The translations under genes were made by a program, and so were the position numbers. The notes beneath the pieces are model-generated. The model saw nothing but the letters and a program-made list of their open reading frames with translations. It was not told where the DNA came from and did no database searches. DNA of 64,000 nucleotides from Nitrospinota bacterium (GTDB lineage: Bacteria; Nitrospinota; Nitrospinia; Nitrospinales; VA-1), in contig JAOMDP010000012.1 of the NCBI GenBank assembly GCA_028345515.1, positions 462 through 64,461 on the forward strand, in the 5' to 3' direction. This document shows, piece by piece, positions 53,469 to 63,642 of the stretch (positions are counted from its first letter, which is position 1; each line of letters opens with the position of its first letter).

Positions 53469-55454
53469 TTAACTTGAACCTTGTTTCTTTTGAATCTGTT
53501 CAATAGATCTTGTTATCTGATCCCATTCGTTCATCAACGCCTGTTCTATTTTTTTAAGATCTCTTTGCTGTGTCATTGTTTTAATTAACCGATCTTTCTG
53601 ATCGGCTTCATATATAAGAGAATCAGCAAGCTTCGAATGGAGTTGTTCGTTTTCCATCATCAAAGTTTCCAAACGGCTCTCAACTTCTGCCAAACGTTTC
53701 TCTAGTGGCTTTAATTGTTTATAGCGCAAGTTGCGTTCTTCTGCTTCATTCCGTTTTCTTTCCTTTTCTATGGAAGAACTACCAGGAGTATTTCCCCCAA
53801 AACCATTCATCTTGTTATTTACTGGCTTTTCCTTCATTTTAGCTTGTTCATATTCGCTATAGTTTCCGTCGTATTCCCGTACTTTCCCATCTGTAACCTC
53901 CCAAACCCGATTAACAAAACCATCGAGAAAAAACCGGTCATGCGAGATGATCACCAGGCTACCCTCGTAATCAGCTAGAACTGCGGCGAGATGCTCACGA
54001 GAACGAATATCGAGATGGTTGGTCGGTTCATCTAACAATATCAAAGAGGGGGGCGCCGAAACATCAAAATCCGCAACCATATGAGTTGTACTATCTAACG
54101 CAGCACCACCACAGAGCATTCTTGCCAAAGCCAAACGAGATTTTTCTCCTCCCGATAATATTGAAACTTTTTTTTCCACATCATCCCCTGAGAACAAAAA
54201 TGCTCCCAGAATATTTCTTTGCTGGGTTCGCAATAAACCTGGAGACGACTCCTGCAAAGATTCTAAAACGGTATGATTGAAATTTAATATTTCTCCCTGA
54301 TGCTGCGCAAAGTAAGAGCGACGAACCTTAACGCCTAACTTCACCTCTCCACTATCTGGCATAAGTATTCCCGCCATCATTTTTAATAACGTTGATTTTC
54401 CGGCTCCATTTTCCCCTGCCAAAGCTACTTTCCACCCCCGCTCTATAGTTACTGAAAAGTTTTGATAAATTTTCAATGTATCGTAACTTTTGTTGATCTT
54501 TTCTAATTCCAAAACTATTCTTCCGGTTCTAACAGGTTGAGGAAATCGGAAATGGATAGCTTTACTACTTTTTTCTGGGGTTTGAAACCGCTCCATCTTA
54601 TCCAACATTTTGATTCGGCTTTGCACCTGAGTCGCCTTCGTATTCTTAGCACGGAACCTTTCAATGAACCTCTCCACTTCTGAAAGACGTTGCTTCTGGT
54701 TTGCCGCTTGGGATGCAAGTTGTTCTTGTTTTTCTTTTTTTAACCTTTCATAGTTATCATAGTTACCGACATAAACTGTGAGAGTTCCGCGATCCAGTTG
54801 AAAAATACGTGTGGTCAAAGTATTTAGAAATTTTCTATCGTGAGAAATTAAAAGGATACTACCTTCATAAGAAAGGAGAAAAGATTCAAGCCAGACTACC
54901 GACTGCAAATCAAGATGATTAGAGGGTTCATCAAGAAGAAGGACGTCTGGACTTTGAAGTAAAATTCGTGATAATTCTACCCGCATTCGCCAGCCTCCAG
55001 ATAGTTGACCTAGGGATTTGTCCCATTCTCCTGGTTTAAACCCCAATCCCTGTAAAATAATTTTTGCTCGCGATTCGCGATCATAACCACCTAGCCGCTC
55101 AAACTCATGCTGCAAATCGCCATAGCGGTCTTGAAAATTTTCATCGGCTGCCAACTTCTCCATCTCTGTTTTTACCTGCATGAAATAGGGGTCTCCAAAT
55201 ACCACCCTTTCTAATCCCGTCTCTTTGCCTCCTGCGTAATCCTGTTCCAACAAACCATAACGCAGACCTTTCCTTAAAGTAACTTGCCCAGAGTCAAAGC
55301 TTTCCTTCCCAACAATAACTTTAAATAAAGTAGTCTTACCAGCACCGTTCCCACCTATCAGACCAACCTTTTCCTTGGGTCGCAAATGAAAACTCACATC
55401 ACGGAAAACGATTTTTGAGCCGAACTGCTTATTTAAATTTTCAACAAAAACCAA
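53469..55454 (-). CDS. ABC-F family ATPase (YheS/Uup-like)
   Basis: Two ABC domains (GGNGAGKT, LSGGW, LDEP; GENGAGKS, LSGGE, LDEPTN), GNY linker, C-terminal coiled coil, no TM. Confidence 0.95.
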   Translation of the reverse strand: MVFVENLNKQFGSKIVFRDVSFHLRPKEKVGLIGGNGAGKTTLFKVIVGKESFDSGQVTLRKGLRYGLLEQDYAGGKETGLERVVFGDPYFMQVKTEMEKLAADENFQDRYGDLQHEFERLGGYDRESRAKIILQGLGFKPGEWDKSLGQLSGGWRMRVELSRILLQSPDVLLLDEPSNHLDLQSVVWLESFLLSYEGSILLISHDRKFLNTLTTRIFQLDRGTLTVYVGNYDNYERLKKEKQEQLASQAANQKQRLSEVERFIERFRAKNTKATQVQSRIKMLDKMERFQTPEKSSKAIHFRFPQPVRTGRIVLELEKINKSYDTLKIYQNFSVTIERGWKVALAGENGAGKSTLLKMMAGILMPDSGEVKLGVKVRRSYFAQHQGEILNFNHTVLESLQESSPGLLRTQQRNILGAFLFSGDDVEKKVSILSGGEKSRLALARMLCGGAALDSTTHMVADFDVSAPPSLILLDEPTNHLDIRSREHLAAVLADYEGSLVIISHDRFFLDGFVNRVWEVTDGKVREYDGNYSEYEQAKMKEKPVNNKMNGFGGNTPGSSSIEKERKRNEAEERNLRYKQLKPLEKRLAEVESRLETLMMENEQLHSKLADSLIYEADQKDRLIKTMTQQRDLKKIEQALMNEWDQITRSIEQIQKKQGSS

Positions 55455-55566
55455 GTGGTGTCCTCGATGTAATAAGGCTATTCATTTATGAGTTATCAAT
55501 ATTTCAGTTCTAAGGGATTTAGAAAAGCTCTAGTTTTAAAAACAACCCTTTCTAATTTTCTCAGGA

Positions 55567-56532
55567 TCATGTCTTAAGTTTTGGGTTGAAAGCTTCCCGC
55601 AATCCTTCTCCACATAAATTAAATGCCAGAACAACCAAAAGAATTGTAATCCCTGGAATAAATGTCAACCATGGCGCATCAAATAGAAAGTTTTTGCCAT
55701 CGGATAAAATATTTCCCCAAGTTGCATCTGGAGGCTGAACACCAAAACCCAAAAAACTTAAAGCTGACTCAGTGAGAATGGCCGATGCCACACCCAAAGT
55801 TGCGGAAACCAAAACAGGTGCAATGGCATTGGGAACCATATGAATAAATATAATACGCCATTCAGGAATAGCTTGACTTCGAGCAGCAGCAACAAAATCG
55901 AGATCACGAAGGGATAAAAATTCGGCCCGCACAAAACGAGCTGTGCCCATCCAACTGGTTAGTCCAATTACAATCATGATGTTATAAATACTTGGCGGTA
56001 ACAACGCCACGACCGTCAGAATTAAAAAAAAAGTTGGGAAACAGAGCATAATATCTACAAATCGCATGATTATCGTATCAACGGTGATAAAGCCCAATTT
56101 TACTCGGCCGTAATACCCTGCAATCCCTCCGAAAAAAATGCCCACTGTTAACATGATTCCAATGGCTACAAACCCTACACTCAGCGATACAGACGTACCT
56201 TCTAACATGCGGGCGAAAACATCACGCCCTAACTCATCGGTACCAAAAAGATACACCCCTAATGCAGGACCCTCTTCTTTTGGAGTTGTCGTGCTTGTGA
56301 ATATAGTTAATGGTGGCAAAAACTTTTCGGACAAACGGACTATTTTTGGATCAAATATAATAATGTACTGAGTAAAAATTTTTCCAAAAAATGCTAATAC
56401 GAACATAGATATGAGAGACCAAAAGCTGCCGTAAGCAATTCGGTTACGTTTGAAAATATCCCAACGTTCCTGAAAGAGACCCTTTGAAGAGGGAAACGTA
56501 TCTTTTCCTGAAATTTTTATGGATCCATTCAT
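55567..56532 (-). CDS. Opp/Dpp-type ABC permease (OppC-like)
   Basis: FGTDELGRD, EAA-like loop, ESALSFLG.G...P..TWG. Confidence 0.93.
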   Translation of the reverse strand: MNGSIKISGKDTFPSSKGLFQERWDIFKRNRIAYGSFWSLISMFVLAFFGKIFTQYIIIFDPKIVRLSEKFLPPLTIFTSTTTPKEEGPALGVYLFGTDELGRDVFARMLEGTSVSLSVGFVAIGIMLTVGIFFGGIAGYYGRVKLGFITVDTIIMRFVDIMLCFPTFFLILTVVALLPPSIYNIMIVIGLTSWMGTARFVRAEFLSLRDLDFVAAARSQAIPEWRIIFIHMVPNAIAPVLVSATLGVASAILTESALSFLGFGVQPPDATWGNILSDGKNFLFDAPWLTFIPGITILLVVLAFNLCGEGLREAFNPKLKT

Positions 56533-56541
56533 GTTATTTTT

Positions 56542-57501
56542 TTAAAATTTTATTCTTGGGTCTACAACGGCATAAAGGATATCGGAAACCAAAGTGCCCA
56601 CCAGCACCAGAACAGCTGTCATGAAATTTAATGTCAAAATTATTGGGAAGTCTCTAGCCATGATAGCTTCAAAGCCTAACCTTCCCATTCCGGGCCAAGA
56701 AAAAATTTGTTCAAAAATAACGGAACCTCCTATAAGACCAGGAATAGTCAAACCAAACATAGTTATAAATGGTAATAACGCGTTTCTTAAGCCATGACGA
56801 TAAATAACTTGATCTTGAGGCAACCCTTTTGCACGAGCAGTGCGCATATAGTCCTGATGAATTACTTCCAACATTTGTGATCGTACATAACGTGATAAAA
56901 CTGCCGTACCCGCTATAGCCGACATCAATGCTGGAATTGTCAAATGCCATATCCGATCCATAGACTGAAATAAAAAAGAGGCGCCTTCTAATCCAAATGT
57001 CCTCATCCCCAATACAGGTACATTGAAAGTATTCACCATAAAAATAATAACTAAATAGGATAGAAAAAATCCGGGTATGGAGATCAAGGCATAGGAAATG
57101 AAAGTACTGGATCTATCAAATGTCGAATCACGATAAACTGCGGCTCGGATTCCAACAGGAAATGCCAAACACCAGGTTATTAAAGTTGCTATTATAAATA
57201 GAGGCAATGAATTGAGGAAAGCTTTCCAAATTTTTTCTATGACCGGTTGATTATCTTTAAACGATTTTAGTTCGCCGGTAAATAGATCTTCTACCCAATA
57301 TAAATACTGAATATGCAGAGGCTCATCTAGATGGAATGCGGTACGAATACGCTGGATGTCTTCTGGTTTCATGCGAGGATTTGAGGGGTCTACTAGAGCA
57401 GGTTCCCCAGGTGCAAGATGAACAATCGCATGTGAAATAATCGATATAAAAATAAGCAGGATGATTCGCTGCCATATATTACGCAAAATAAAATTTACCA
57501 C
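56542..57501 (-). CDS. Opp/Dpp-type ABC permease (OppB-like); likely GTG start at 57501
   Basis: LAPG.P, DYMRTARAKGL, FEQIFSWPGMG, D.LYA..DPRI; AGAGG RBS before the GTG. Confidence 0.92.
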   Translation of the reverse strand: MVNFILRNIWQRIILLIFISIISHAIVHLAPGEPALVDPSNPRMKPEDIQRIRTAFHLDEPLHIQYLYWVEDLFTGELKSFKDNQPVIEKIWKAFLNSLPLFIIATLITWCLAFPVGIRAAVYRDSTFDRSSTFISYALISIPGFFLSYLVIIFMVNTFNVPVLGMRTFGLEGASFLFQSMDRIWHLTIPALMSAIAGTAVLSRYVRSQMLEVIHQDYMRTARAKGLPQDQVIYRHGLRNALLPFITMFGLTIPGLIGGSVIFEQIFSWPGMGRLGFEAIMARDFPIILTLNFMTAVLVLVGTLVSDILYAVVDPRIKF

Positions 57502-57540
57502 TATTGCCTCTTCCGCCTGCAAAAAGTTATACTTTCGAAC

Positions 57541-58290
57541 ATGGATATTCTACAACTCAGCCACTATCTCGACAACCTCTTGGAAATAAATTCTATTCGC
57601 GATGCACCTCAAGCTTTAAATGGTTTGCAAATTCAAAATCGTGGTGAAATAAAAAAAATCGGATTAGCCGTGGACTTATGCCAGGCTACGATTGAACTTG
57701 CCATAAAAAAACACTGCCAAATGCTGTTTGTGCATCATGGCGCTTTTTGGTCAGGACTGCAACCAGTTCGCGGCAAGCATTTCGAAAAACTTTCAACCAT
57801 GATACAAGGCAATCTTGGGCTCTATTCTGCACATATTCCATTAGACCTTCACCCTATCCATGGTAATAACCGCGCACTGGCGGATTTAATCGAACTTGAA
57901 AACCTAGAAATTTTTGGGGAATACGATGGGATTAAAATTGGTTTAAAAGGTTCCATCCTAACAATTTCGGCAGAAAACTTGGCTAAAAAGCTTGAGCAAA
58001 AACTCGGATCAAGGGTAAAAATAATTGGAGATGGAGAAATCAATACTGTCGGACTGGTGACAGGCGGCGCTGGGGACATTGTCAAACAGGCTATTCAAGA
58101 AAAACTCGATTGTTTTATAACGGGTGAAGGTTCTAATCACCATTTCCATGAAGCCATCGAAGGAAATTGTATCCTAATTTTTGCAGGCCACTATGCAACG
58201 GAAATGGGAGGAGTAAAATCAGTAGGCAAGCATCTAAAAGAAAAATTTGGAATCGATAGTGAGTTTCTGCATTACCCCACTGGGCTTTAA
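57541..58290 (+). CDS. Nif3-like dinuclear metal centre protein (YbgI)
   Basis: NGLQ, VHHG, HIPLD.H...GNN, TGE..H, AGHYATE. Confidence 0.95.
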   Translation: MDILQLSHYLDNLLEINSIRDAPQALNGLQIQNRGEIKKIGLAVDLCQATIELAIKKHCQMLFVHHGAFWSGLQPVRGKHFEKLSTMIQGNLGLYSAHIPLDLHPIHGNNRALADLIELENLEIFGEYDGIKIGLKGSILTISAENLAKKLEQKLGSRVKIIGDGEINTVGLVTGGAGDIVKQAIQEKLDCFITGEGSNHHFHEAIEGNCILIFAGHYATEMGGVKSVGKHLKEKFGIDSEFLHYPTGL

Positions 58291-58349
58291 CCCGTTAGAA
58301 TTACTCTAAAAATTAGCAAATTATACTACAAAGCTTAAGAATATCTTTT

Positions 58350-59249
58350 TTATTCAGCGGATTCGCTTATCTGCATGGATTTAAAAATCGCATCCAATCC
58401 ACTTCTATAATTTGGATACTTTAATTTTACACCTAATTCTTCTTTAATTTTTTTATTACTGACTCGTTTACAGTTTTTATAAAATCCGCGGGCAATTTCC
58501 GATAATTCTGCTGAATCTAAGGGGATCAAAGGAGGTGGAGAAATATTTAAAAGTTTGAAAGCATATTCCGCCGCCTCAGAGGGTGGTGCAGGCTCATCAT
58601 CGCAAACATTATATATTTCGCCTGGCTTAGGTTTTTCGATCGAGGCTTCAAGAGTTTGCACCAAATCTTCAACATGGATACGAGAAAACACCAGACCCGG
58701 TTTTTCAATACGTCGAGCTCTACCTTGCTTGACAGAAATTAAAAGGTTTCTACCTGGACCATAAATTCCTACACAACGAAATACCATGACCGGGCAACCA
58801 TTTTGTCTAGCCATTTTTAACCAGGCCGATTCTGATTCTACACGTCGCACGTTGAGTTCTGTTGCAGGTTGTAAAGGCGAAGACTCGTCTACCCATTCTC
58901 CCTGCGTGTCGCCATAGACTCCCGTAGAGGAAATATAGCCTATCCATTTTAAATTCTTATTGCTTGTAATATTAGGGCTGAAATTTTTCAAAACTACATC
59001 CCCGGATGTTTGTGGGGGAATAGAGATCAATAAATGTGTTGCATCACTAAGAGCTTCCAAAATTTCTTGAGAAGCATGAGTTCCATCGAACGAAATAATA
59101 GGCAAGTTTGTCAAACTAACTTTTTTGTCTTTGGAGCGGCAGGTTCCAGAAACACACCAATTTTTTAGGCTTAAGCGCTCCGCCAATGCTTGCGCTGAGA
59201 AACCAAAACCAAAACAAAACAATTTATTTTTCTCAGGATTCTTAGTCAT
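58350..59249 (-). CDS. NAD-dependent epimerase/dehydratase-type SDR
   Basis: FGFGFS, SSTGVYGD, GIYGPGR, SRIHVED. Confidence 0.9.
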   Translation of the reverse strand: MTKNPEKNKLFCFGFGFSAQALAERLSLKNWCVSGTCRSKDKKVSLTNLPIISFDGTHASQEILEALSDATHLLISIPPQTSGDVVLKNFSPNITSNKNLKWIGYISSTGVYGDTQGEWVDESSPLQPATELNVRRVESESAWLKMARQNGCPVMVFRCVGIYGPGRNLLISVKQGRARRIEKPGLVFSRIHVEDLVQTLEASIEKPKPGEIYNVCDDEPAPPSEAAEYAFKLLNISPPPLIPLDSAELSEIARGFYKNCKRVSNKKIKEELGVKLKYPNYRSGLDAIFKSMQISESAE

Positions 59250-59341
59250 AAACTCACCAAATAAGGCTTAAAGATTAAAAACAAGAAAATACCCAGAATA
59301 TCTGTTTAAAATAAATCAGATTTCTATAAACACATAAAGTA

Positions 59342-60808
59342 TTAAGAGGAAAGTTTTGCCATTAACACTTCGCGCATGGAATCGATAGGAGCAGTTTTAC
59401 CCGTCCAAAGTTCAAATTGTCTCGCTGCCTGATTGACAAACAACTCACTCCCGGGGATGACCTTACAACCAATTGCTTTTGCTTCGCGCAGTAACCTTGT
59501 CTCTATTGGATTGTAGACGGCGTCAAATACGATCATTTCCTTCTTTAAATCTCTGGCAAGAAAGGGGGTTTTATTTATATCAGGATTCATACCAACAGGT
59601 GAACAATTGATGAGGATATCTATAGGTCGAGTACCTACTTCACGGCAATCAATTAAATCCGAATTAAGCTCTTTGGCGAGTAATTCAGCTCTTTCTTTAT
59701 TACGGTTATAAGTGATAGTCAACCTACCGCCTTTTTTATTAATTCCGTAACCAACTGCCTTAGCAGTGCCACCAGATCCAATGATCAGAATATTTTTATT
59801 CTTCAAAGAGGTACAAGCTTCAAGGGCTGCGATAGCCCCTGAAAAATCGGTGTTATAGCCCACCCATTTATGATCTTCCTGGACAATTGTATTTACGGCA
59901 CCAATTTTTTGGGCTGTATCATCAACTCGATCTAGTAATTTTATGATATTTTCTTTTGCTGGCATGGTTACACTCAACCCTGCAAAATAATTTTTGAAAT
60001 CGATAAAAAACTTTTCCACATTCTCAACTAAAAAAGAAACATAAACATCAGGGGAATTGATTTCACGAAAGGCACGGTTATGAATCAAGTAGCCCATACT
60101 TTTAGAAACTGGGTTACCGATGACTCCATAGACCTTAAAGTTTTCGTGAGCATCATTCACACGATAAACATTTTTAAGATCATTTGCCGGTATCTGACCT
60201 GGCGCACTTTCCTGTCCTCTTTCTAAGCTACCAAAGGTAAGGAAACCTCCATAAAGAGGGGAAAGCACACGGCTGATTTCACCTAAATCACCCATACAAA
60301 GCCCTATTAACTTTTTATTTTCCTTTTTAGCTCGCTCAAGAAGCTTAAACATCTTTAGATTGTCACTTAAGTTTCGAGCATAGGTAACAATTTTTATTAC
60401 CTCTCCAGGCAAAGCCTTCATAGTTTCATAGAGTGGAGTCAAATCTTCAGGAGTATGCGAAAAATCATGATAAGAAATAATTATTTTTGAAGTATCGTGA
60501 CTTTCCAGAAAAGGCTGTAAATATTCACGTTGCGTGGAAACCTCAATATCAATGTAATCAGCTCCCGTCTCTAAAGCATCGTGTAATAACGCAACACGTT
60601 TTTCCTCACTGCCTTTAAATTGCCCACCATCTAATTTACTTCGAGCAGTTACAATGACGGGTTTGTTAGCAGCATTAAGTAGTATTTTGAGATCAAAAGA
60701 AGCAATCAAGTCTAAGCGCAACTCTATAATATCTGCAAACTTTTCAGCTGCAGTCATTTGATCCAATGCTTTGGGCATTGAGGAACCAACAATGGGAAGA
60801 CAAATCAT
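59342..60808 (-). CDS. aroE: Bifunctional type I 3-dehydroquinate dehydratase / shikimate dehydrogenase (AroD-AroE fusion)
   Basis: IELRLD, SYHDF, SAPGQ (AroD); GAVNT, NTD, GSGGTA, VYNP (AroE). Confidence 0.95.
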   Translation of the reverse strand: MICLPIVGSSMPKALDQMTAAEKFADIIELRLDLIASFDLKILLNAANKPVIVTARSKLDGGQFKGSEEKRVALLHDALETGADYIDIEVSTQREYLQPFLESHDTSKIIISYHDFSHTPEDLTPLYETMKALPGEVIKIVTYARNLSDNLKMFKLLERAKKENKKLIGLCMGDLGEISRVLSPLYGGFLTFGSLERGQESAPGQIPANDLKNVYRVNDAHENFKVYGVIGNPVSKSMGYLIHNRAFREINSPDVYVSFLVENVEKFFIDFKNYFAGLSVTMPAKENIIKLLDRVDDTAQKIGAVNTIVQEDHKWVGYNTDFSGAIAALEACTSLKNKNILIIGSGGTAKAVGYGINKKGGRLTITYNRNKERAELLAKELNSDLIDCREVGTRPIDILINCSPVGMNPDINKTPFLARDLKKEMIVFDAVYNPIETRLLREAKAIGCKVIPGSELFVNQAARQFELWTGKTAPIDSMREVLMAKLSS

Positions 60809-60992
60809 AAAAAAATAAACGATCCCGCTCCATTAAGGAGGGGTATCTGGCAAAGATATTTATTTAAAAACGTGGTAAGCCACGGCAAACAAAACCACGT
60901 GGGTTCAAAAATGGAAAATTTTTATCAGGATGGAATACTAACAGACCCGAAGCGCAATCTAAACGAAAACCGTTAATAAAATTCAAGGAGTT

Positions 60993-61253
60993 TTAAATAC
61001 CTGGAATGAAGTCACCCCTGCCTTCTAAATCAGGCTTGATGGGGTTTGCAGGCACCTCTTCTTTACCTACGACCTGTAAAGCATCCCCAATATATTTTTT
61101 TTTCAATGCCTGCCTTGCAGCACTAGAGATGCTGACCTCATCTCTTTGACCTTGAAGACGTTTAATCGAAATCTTCTTATTTAAGTCTGCAATACGTGTC
61201 TGTCCCTGATAGGTTTTAAAAATTTTACTAACAGGTACAATTGAAAAATCCAT
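60993..61253 (-). CDS. Small flagellar-locus protein with FlgM-like D.VSIS..AR motif
   Basis: RDEVSISSAARQ; third gene of the fliD unit. Confidence 0.55.
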   Translation of the reverse strand: MDFSIVPVSKIFKTYQGQTRIADLNKKISIKRLQGQRDEVSISSAARQALKKKYIGDALQVVGKEEVPANPIKPDLEGRGDFIPGI

Positions 61254-61268
61254 TACCTTTATCCTTCG

Positions 61269-61697
61269 CTAAATACTTCCAGAAATTTTAGGTTTAATTC
61301 TTGCTGAAAGCCTATAACCCTTTAATAAAGTTCGCCCGTTTTTTAAAGACTTCATTTTTACCAACAGATCCTGCTTTTCATTGATCAATTTTTTTTCGCA
61401 GCGGTTTTCTATTTCAATTATTTTTTCTGTCTCTGTCTCGATGCGAACTCCAAATTCCTTCAGCTTTTTGGCAATGATCTTCCGATTTTTATCATCGAGA
61501 TGTGCTATATACTTGTCGAACTCTTCGTCATCTTTAACTAATACAGCGATAACGTTCTCTTTAGCTTCTAGAGCCTGAATGAGGGCAGGCTCATCACTTT
61601 CTTCAATGGCCTTTATTTGTCGTTTAATTTGACCCTCAAGCTCACCTAAGAGAGTAATTTTTTTTTCAAGAATCGCTTTCAACTTCTTTTCTTCCAT
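61269..61697 (-). CDS. FlgN/FliT-like coiled-coil flagellar chaperone
   Basis: All-helical charged 142 aa ending in a KGY motif, immediately after fliD. Confidence 0.6.
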   Translation of the reverse strand: MEEKKLKAILEKKITLLGELEGQIKRQIKAIEESDEPALIQALEAKENVIAVLVKDDEEFDKYIAHLDDKNRKIIAKKLKEFGVRIETETEKIIEIENRCEKKLINEKQDLLVKMKSLKNGRTLLKGYRLSARIKPKISGSI

Positions 61698-61699
61698 TT

Positions 61700-63532
61700 C
61701 TATGCCACAGTGATTAATGTTTGAACAGTAGATTCAAGATTGTAGACATCAATAAATTTAGCAAAGTTTTCGGCCAAGACGTTGGTCGTTTCAGATCGAA
61801 TAACTACTTCATTTTTTTTGACAGCCAAATCTCCACGATTCTCTTGAAGAATCTTTTTCAGTTGCTCTGAAAGCAAAGGAAGAATACCTGTTTCAGAATT
61901 AGTGAATAAATCAAATACTTCCTGGGTGTTTTGTTCTAGGCCACGTTTGAATTCGGTTTCATCAAGCGTAAATGTATTATCGGTCAAAGTTCTAATACCA
62001 ATTGAGCTCAATCTTTTTAGAAGGTTTTCTTCTCCATTCTGCGAGGGAAAGGTCAGTCCTCTTTCTATTGCCTGAACAATTGAGGTAACAGCAACTTCCT
62101 GCTGGCTAAGCTTATCTGTATTCGTCACAGAAAGACCTGTTGATTGGGGATTTCCTGGTCTGCCACGGAATTCGTCAATAATACGGTTTCTTTCTTCCAA
62201 TATACGAACCCGCCTCTGCGGTTCGATGGTAAGGTCGTTACGAATATCCTGAATATCACCATCATTCTCAAAAATCTTATTAACCGAAAGTAGATCGTTA
62301 ACTTTCGTAATAGAACCATTGAATTGATCAAATAAGGTTTTTATCTGTGCAAAAAAGACAGGTGCATCAATAAAGATTGTTATCTTTGAAGCTGTTTTTG
62401 AAGTCTGCTTCAGCAGCAGAGCAGTATGCTCAATCGAACCGGTTAAAATATTCGAGTCACTACTGAATAAATCTCCATCTACTTCAGCAAGGGCTGTTTG
62501 AGGCTGCACAACTAAGTTTTCTGGCCTTTCCAAATCGTTGAGTTGTATTTCTTTTTGTACCTTCCTCCCCGACCCATCAATTTCAAAAAAACCTAGATCC
62601 AGAAGAACATTGCTTTCTTCACTTATATCAATCTTATTGCTCCCACCTGCAAGGCTAACTAATACAAGTCGGTTGTCTCTCACCAAAGCCAGGACATTAT
62701 TATCGAAAGTTCCCCCATCAAGCCTTTTATTACCATTACTATCTTCGGTAGGATCAATTTCCCCATTTCCGTTAACATCTTCTTTTATATAAACTCCGCT
62801 ACCAAATTCTGAATTGCTGACCTTTAATATTTCTAGAGTCCCATTCCTATTAACATCTTCTGAAAAATCCAAGGTTCCATTCCGATTTAAATCTTCTCCA
62901 AAATTTATTTTATTTCTTATCGTAACTAGCGAATCTGTTGCATCCACCGCGACGGAAACTCCATTTATAGAAAAACTACCTGTTAGGCCGAGTTTTTCGG
63001 ATGGATTTTTTACATCAGAAGCCAGTTCCGCGGTTCTTGATAAACGAATCGCTTTAACATTGAAGCTGTCTATCGGTGCATTCTTTCCAGGTATAGCCAA
63101 AACGTCCCTAAAACGTGACGAAGACGCCGATTTCGGATTCAAAGCATTTTCCAAAAGCAATCCTTCAACTGTTTCCTTTAAATCATTTAATGAATCGGCA
63201 AGACCATCCAACTGACGGAGTCTGGCAAAGTCAAAAGACTCTTTTTTATCCAAATCATCGATGATGGGTATCTTTTGGAATTGGGATCGTTTAGTAAGAA
63301 TAGAGATCGCATCGGCCGTCCTGAAGGCGGCTAAAGGCCCTGCAGCCTGCAATTGAGGAACCTGCCTCTTATTTATAAAAACCGACTCAAAAAGGGTTTT
63401 ACTCTGATTTTGGAAGTTTTTCCCAGCTTGATTAAGTGTATCTCGGGCCAGATTGACCACAGGATCTTTACTGGTGGTACGTCTAGAATTTAAGGGGAAA
63501 AATCTAGGACTGGTATTTTTAAGAACCTGCAC
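61700..63532 (-). CDS. fliD: Flagellar filament capping protein FliD-like, with inserted Ca-binding-type repeats
   Basis: SFSING...DSL..IRNKIN, LSSIGI, LDETEFK..LEQN...V..LFT FliD_C pattern. Confidence 0.75.
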   Translation of the reverse strand: MQVLKNTSPRFFPLNSRRTTSKDPVVNLARDTLNQAGKNFQNQSKTLFESVFINKRQVPQLQAAGPLAAFRTADAISILTKRSQFQKIPIIDDLDKKESFDFARLRQLDGLADSLNDLKETVEGLLLENALNPKSASSSRFRDVLAIPGKNAPIDSFNVKAIRLSRTAELASDVKNPSEKLGLTGSFSINGVSVAVDATDSLVTIRNKINFGEDLNRNGTLDFSEDVNRNGTLEILKVSNSEFGSGVYIKEDVNGNGEIDPTEDSNGNKRLDGGTFDNNVLALVRDNRLVLVSLAGGSNKIDISEESNVLLDLGFFEIDGSGRKVQKEIQLNDLERPENLVVQPQTALAEVDGDLFSSDSNILTGSIEHTALLLKQTSKTASKITIFIDAPVFFAQIKTLFDQFNGSITKVNDLLSVNKIFENDGDIQDIRNDLTIEPQRRVRILEERNRIIDEFRGRPGNPQSTGLSVTNTDKLSQQEVAVTSIVQAIERGLTFPSQNGEENLLKRLSSIGIRTLTDNTFTLDETEFKRGLEQNTQEVFDLFTNSETGILPLLSEQLKKILQENRGDLAVKKNEVVIRSETTNVLAENFAKFIDVYNLESTVQTLITVA

Positions 63533-63642
63533 GTTTTTTCCGGTCTGGCGACAAAAAACCTAATTCGCCTATAAAGTGTTTATTCGAAAATGTCGATAAA
63601 CACATCAAGATCGGAATAGCACAGATTTACCGAAAAAAAAAA

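Noticed and set aside
53469-57501. ABC-F as the ATPase of the adjacent Opp permeases
   Set aside because: It has ABC-F (translation factor) architecture and lacks OppD/F features; the binding protein and ATPases are presumably elsewhere
1508-63215. Many short ORFs antisense to or nested in long genes
   Set aside because: Shadow frames of well-supported genes with no recognisable motifs
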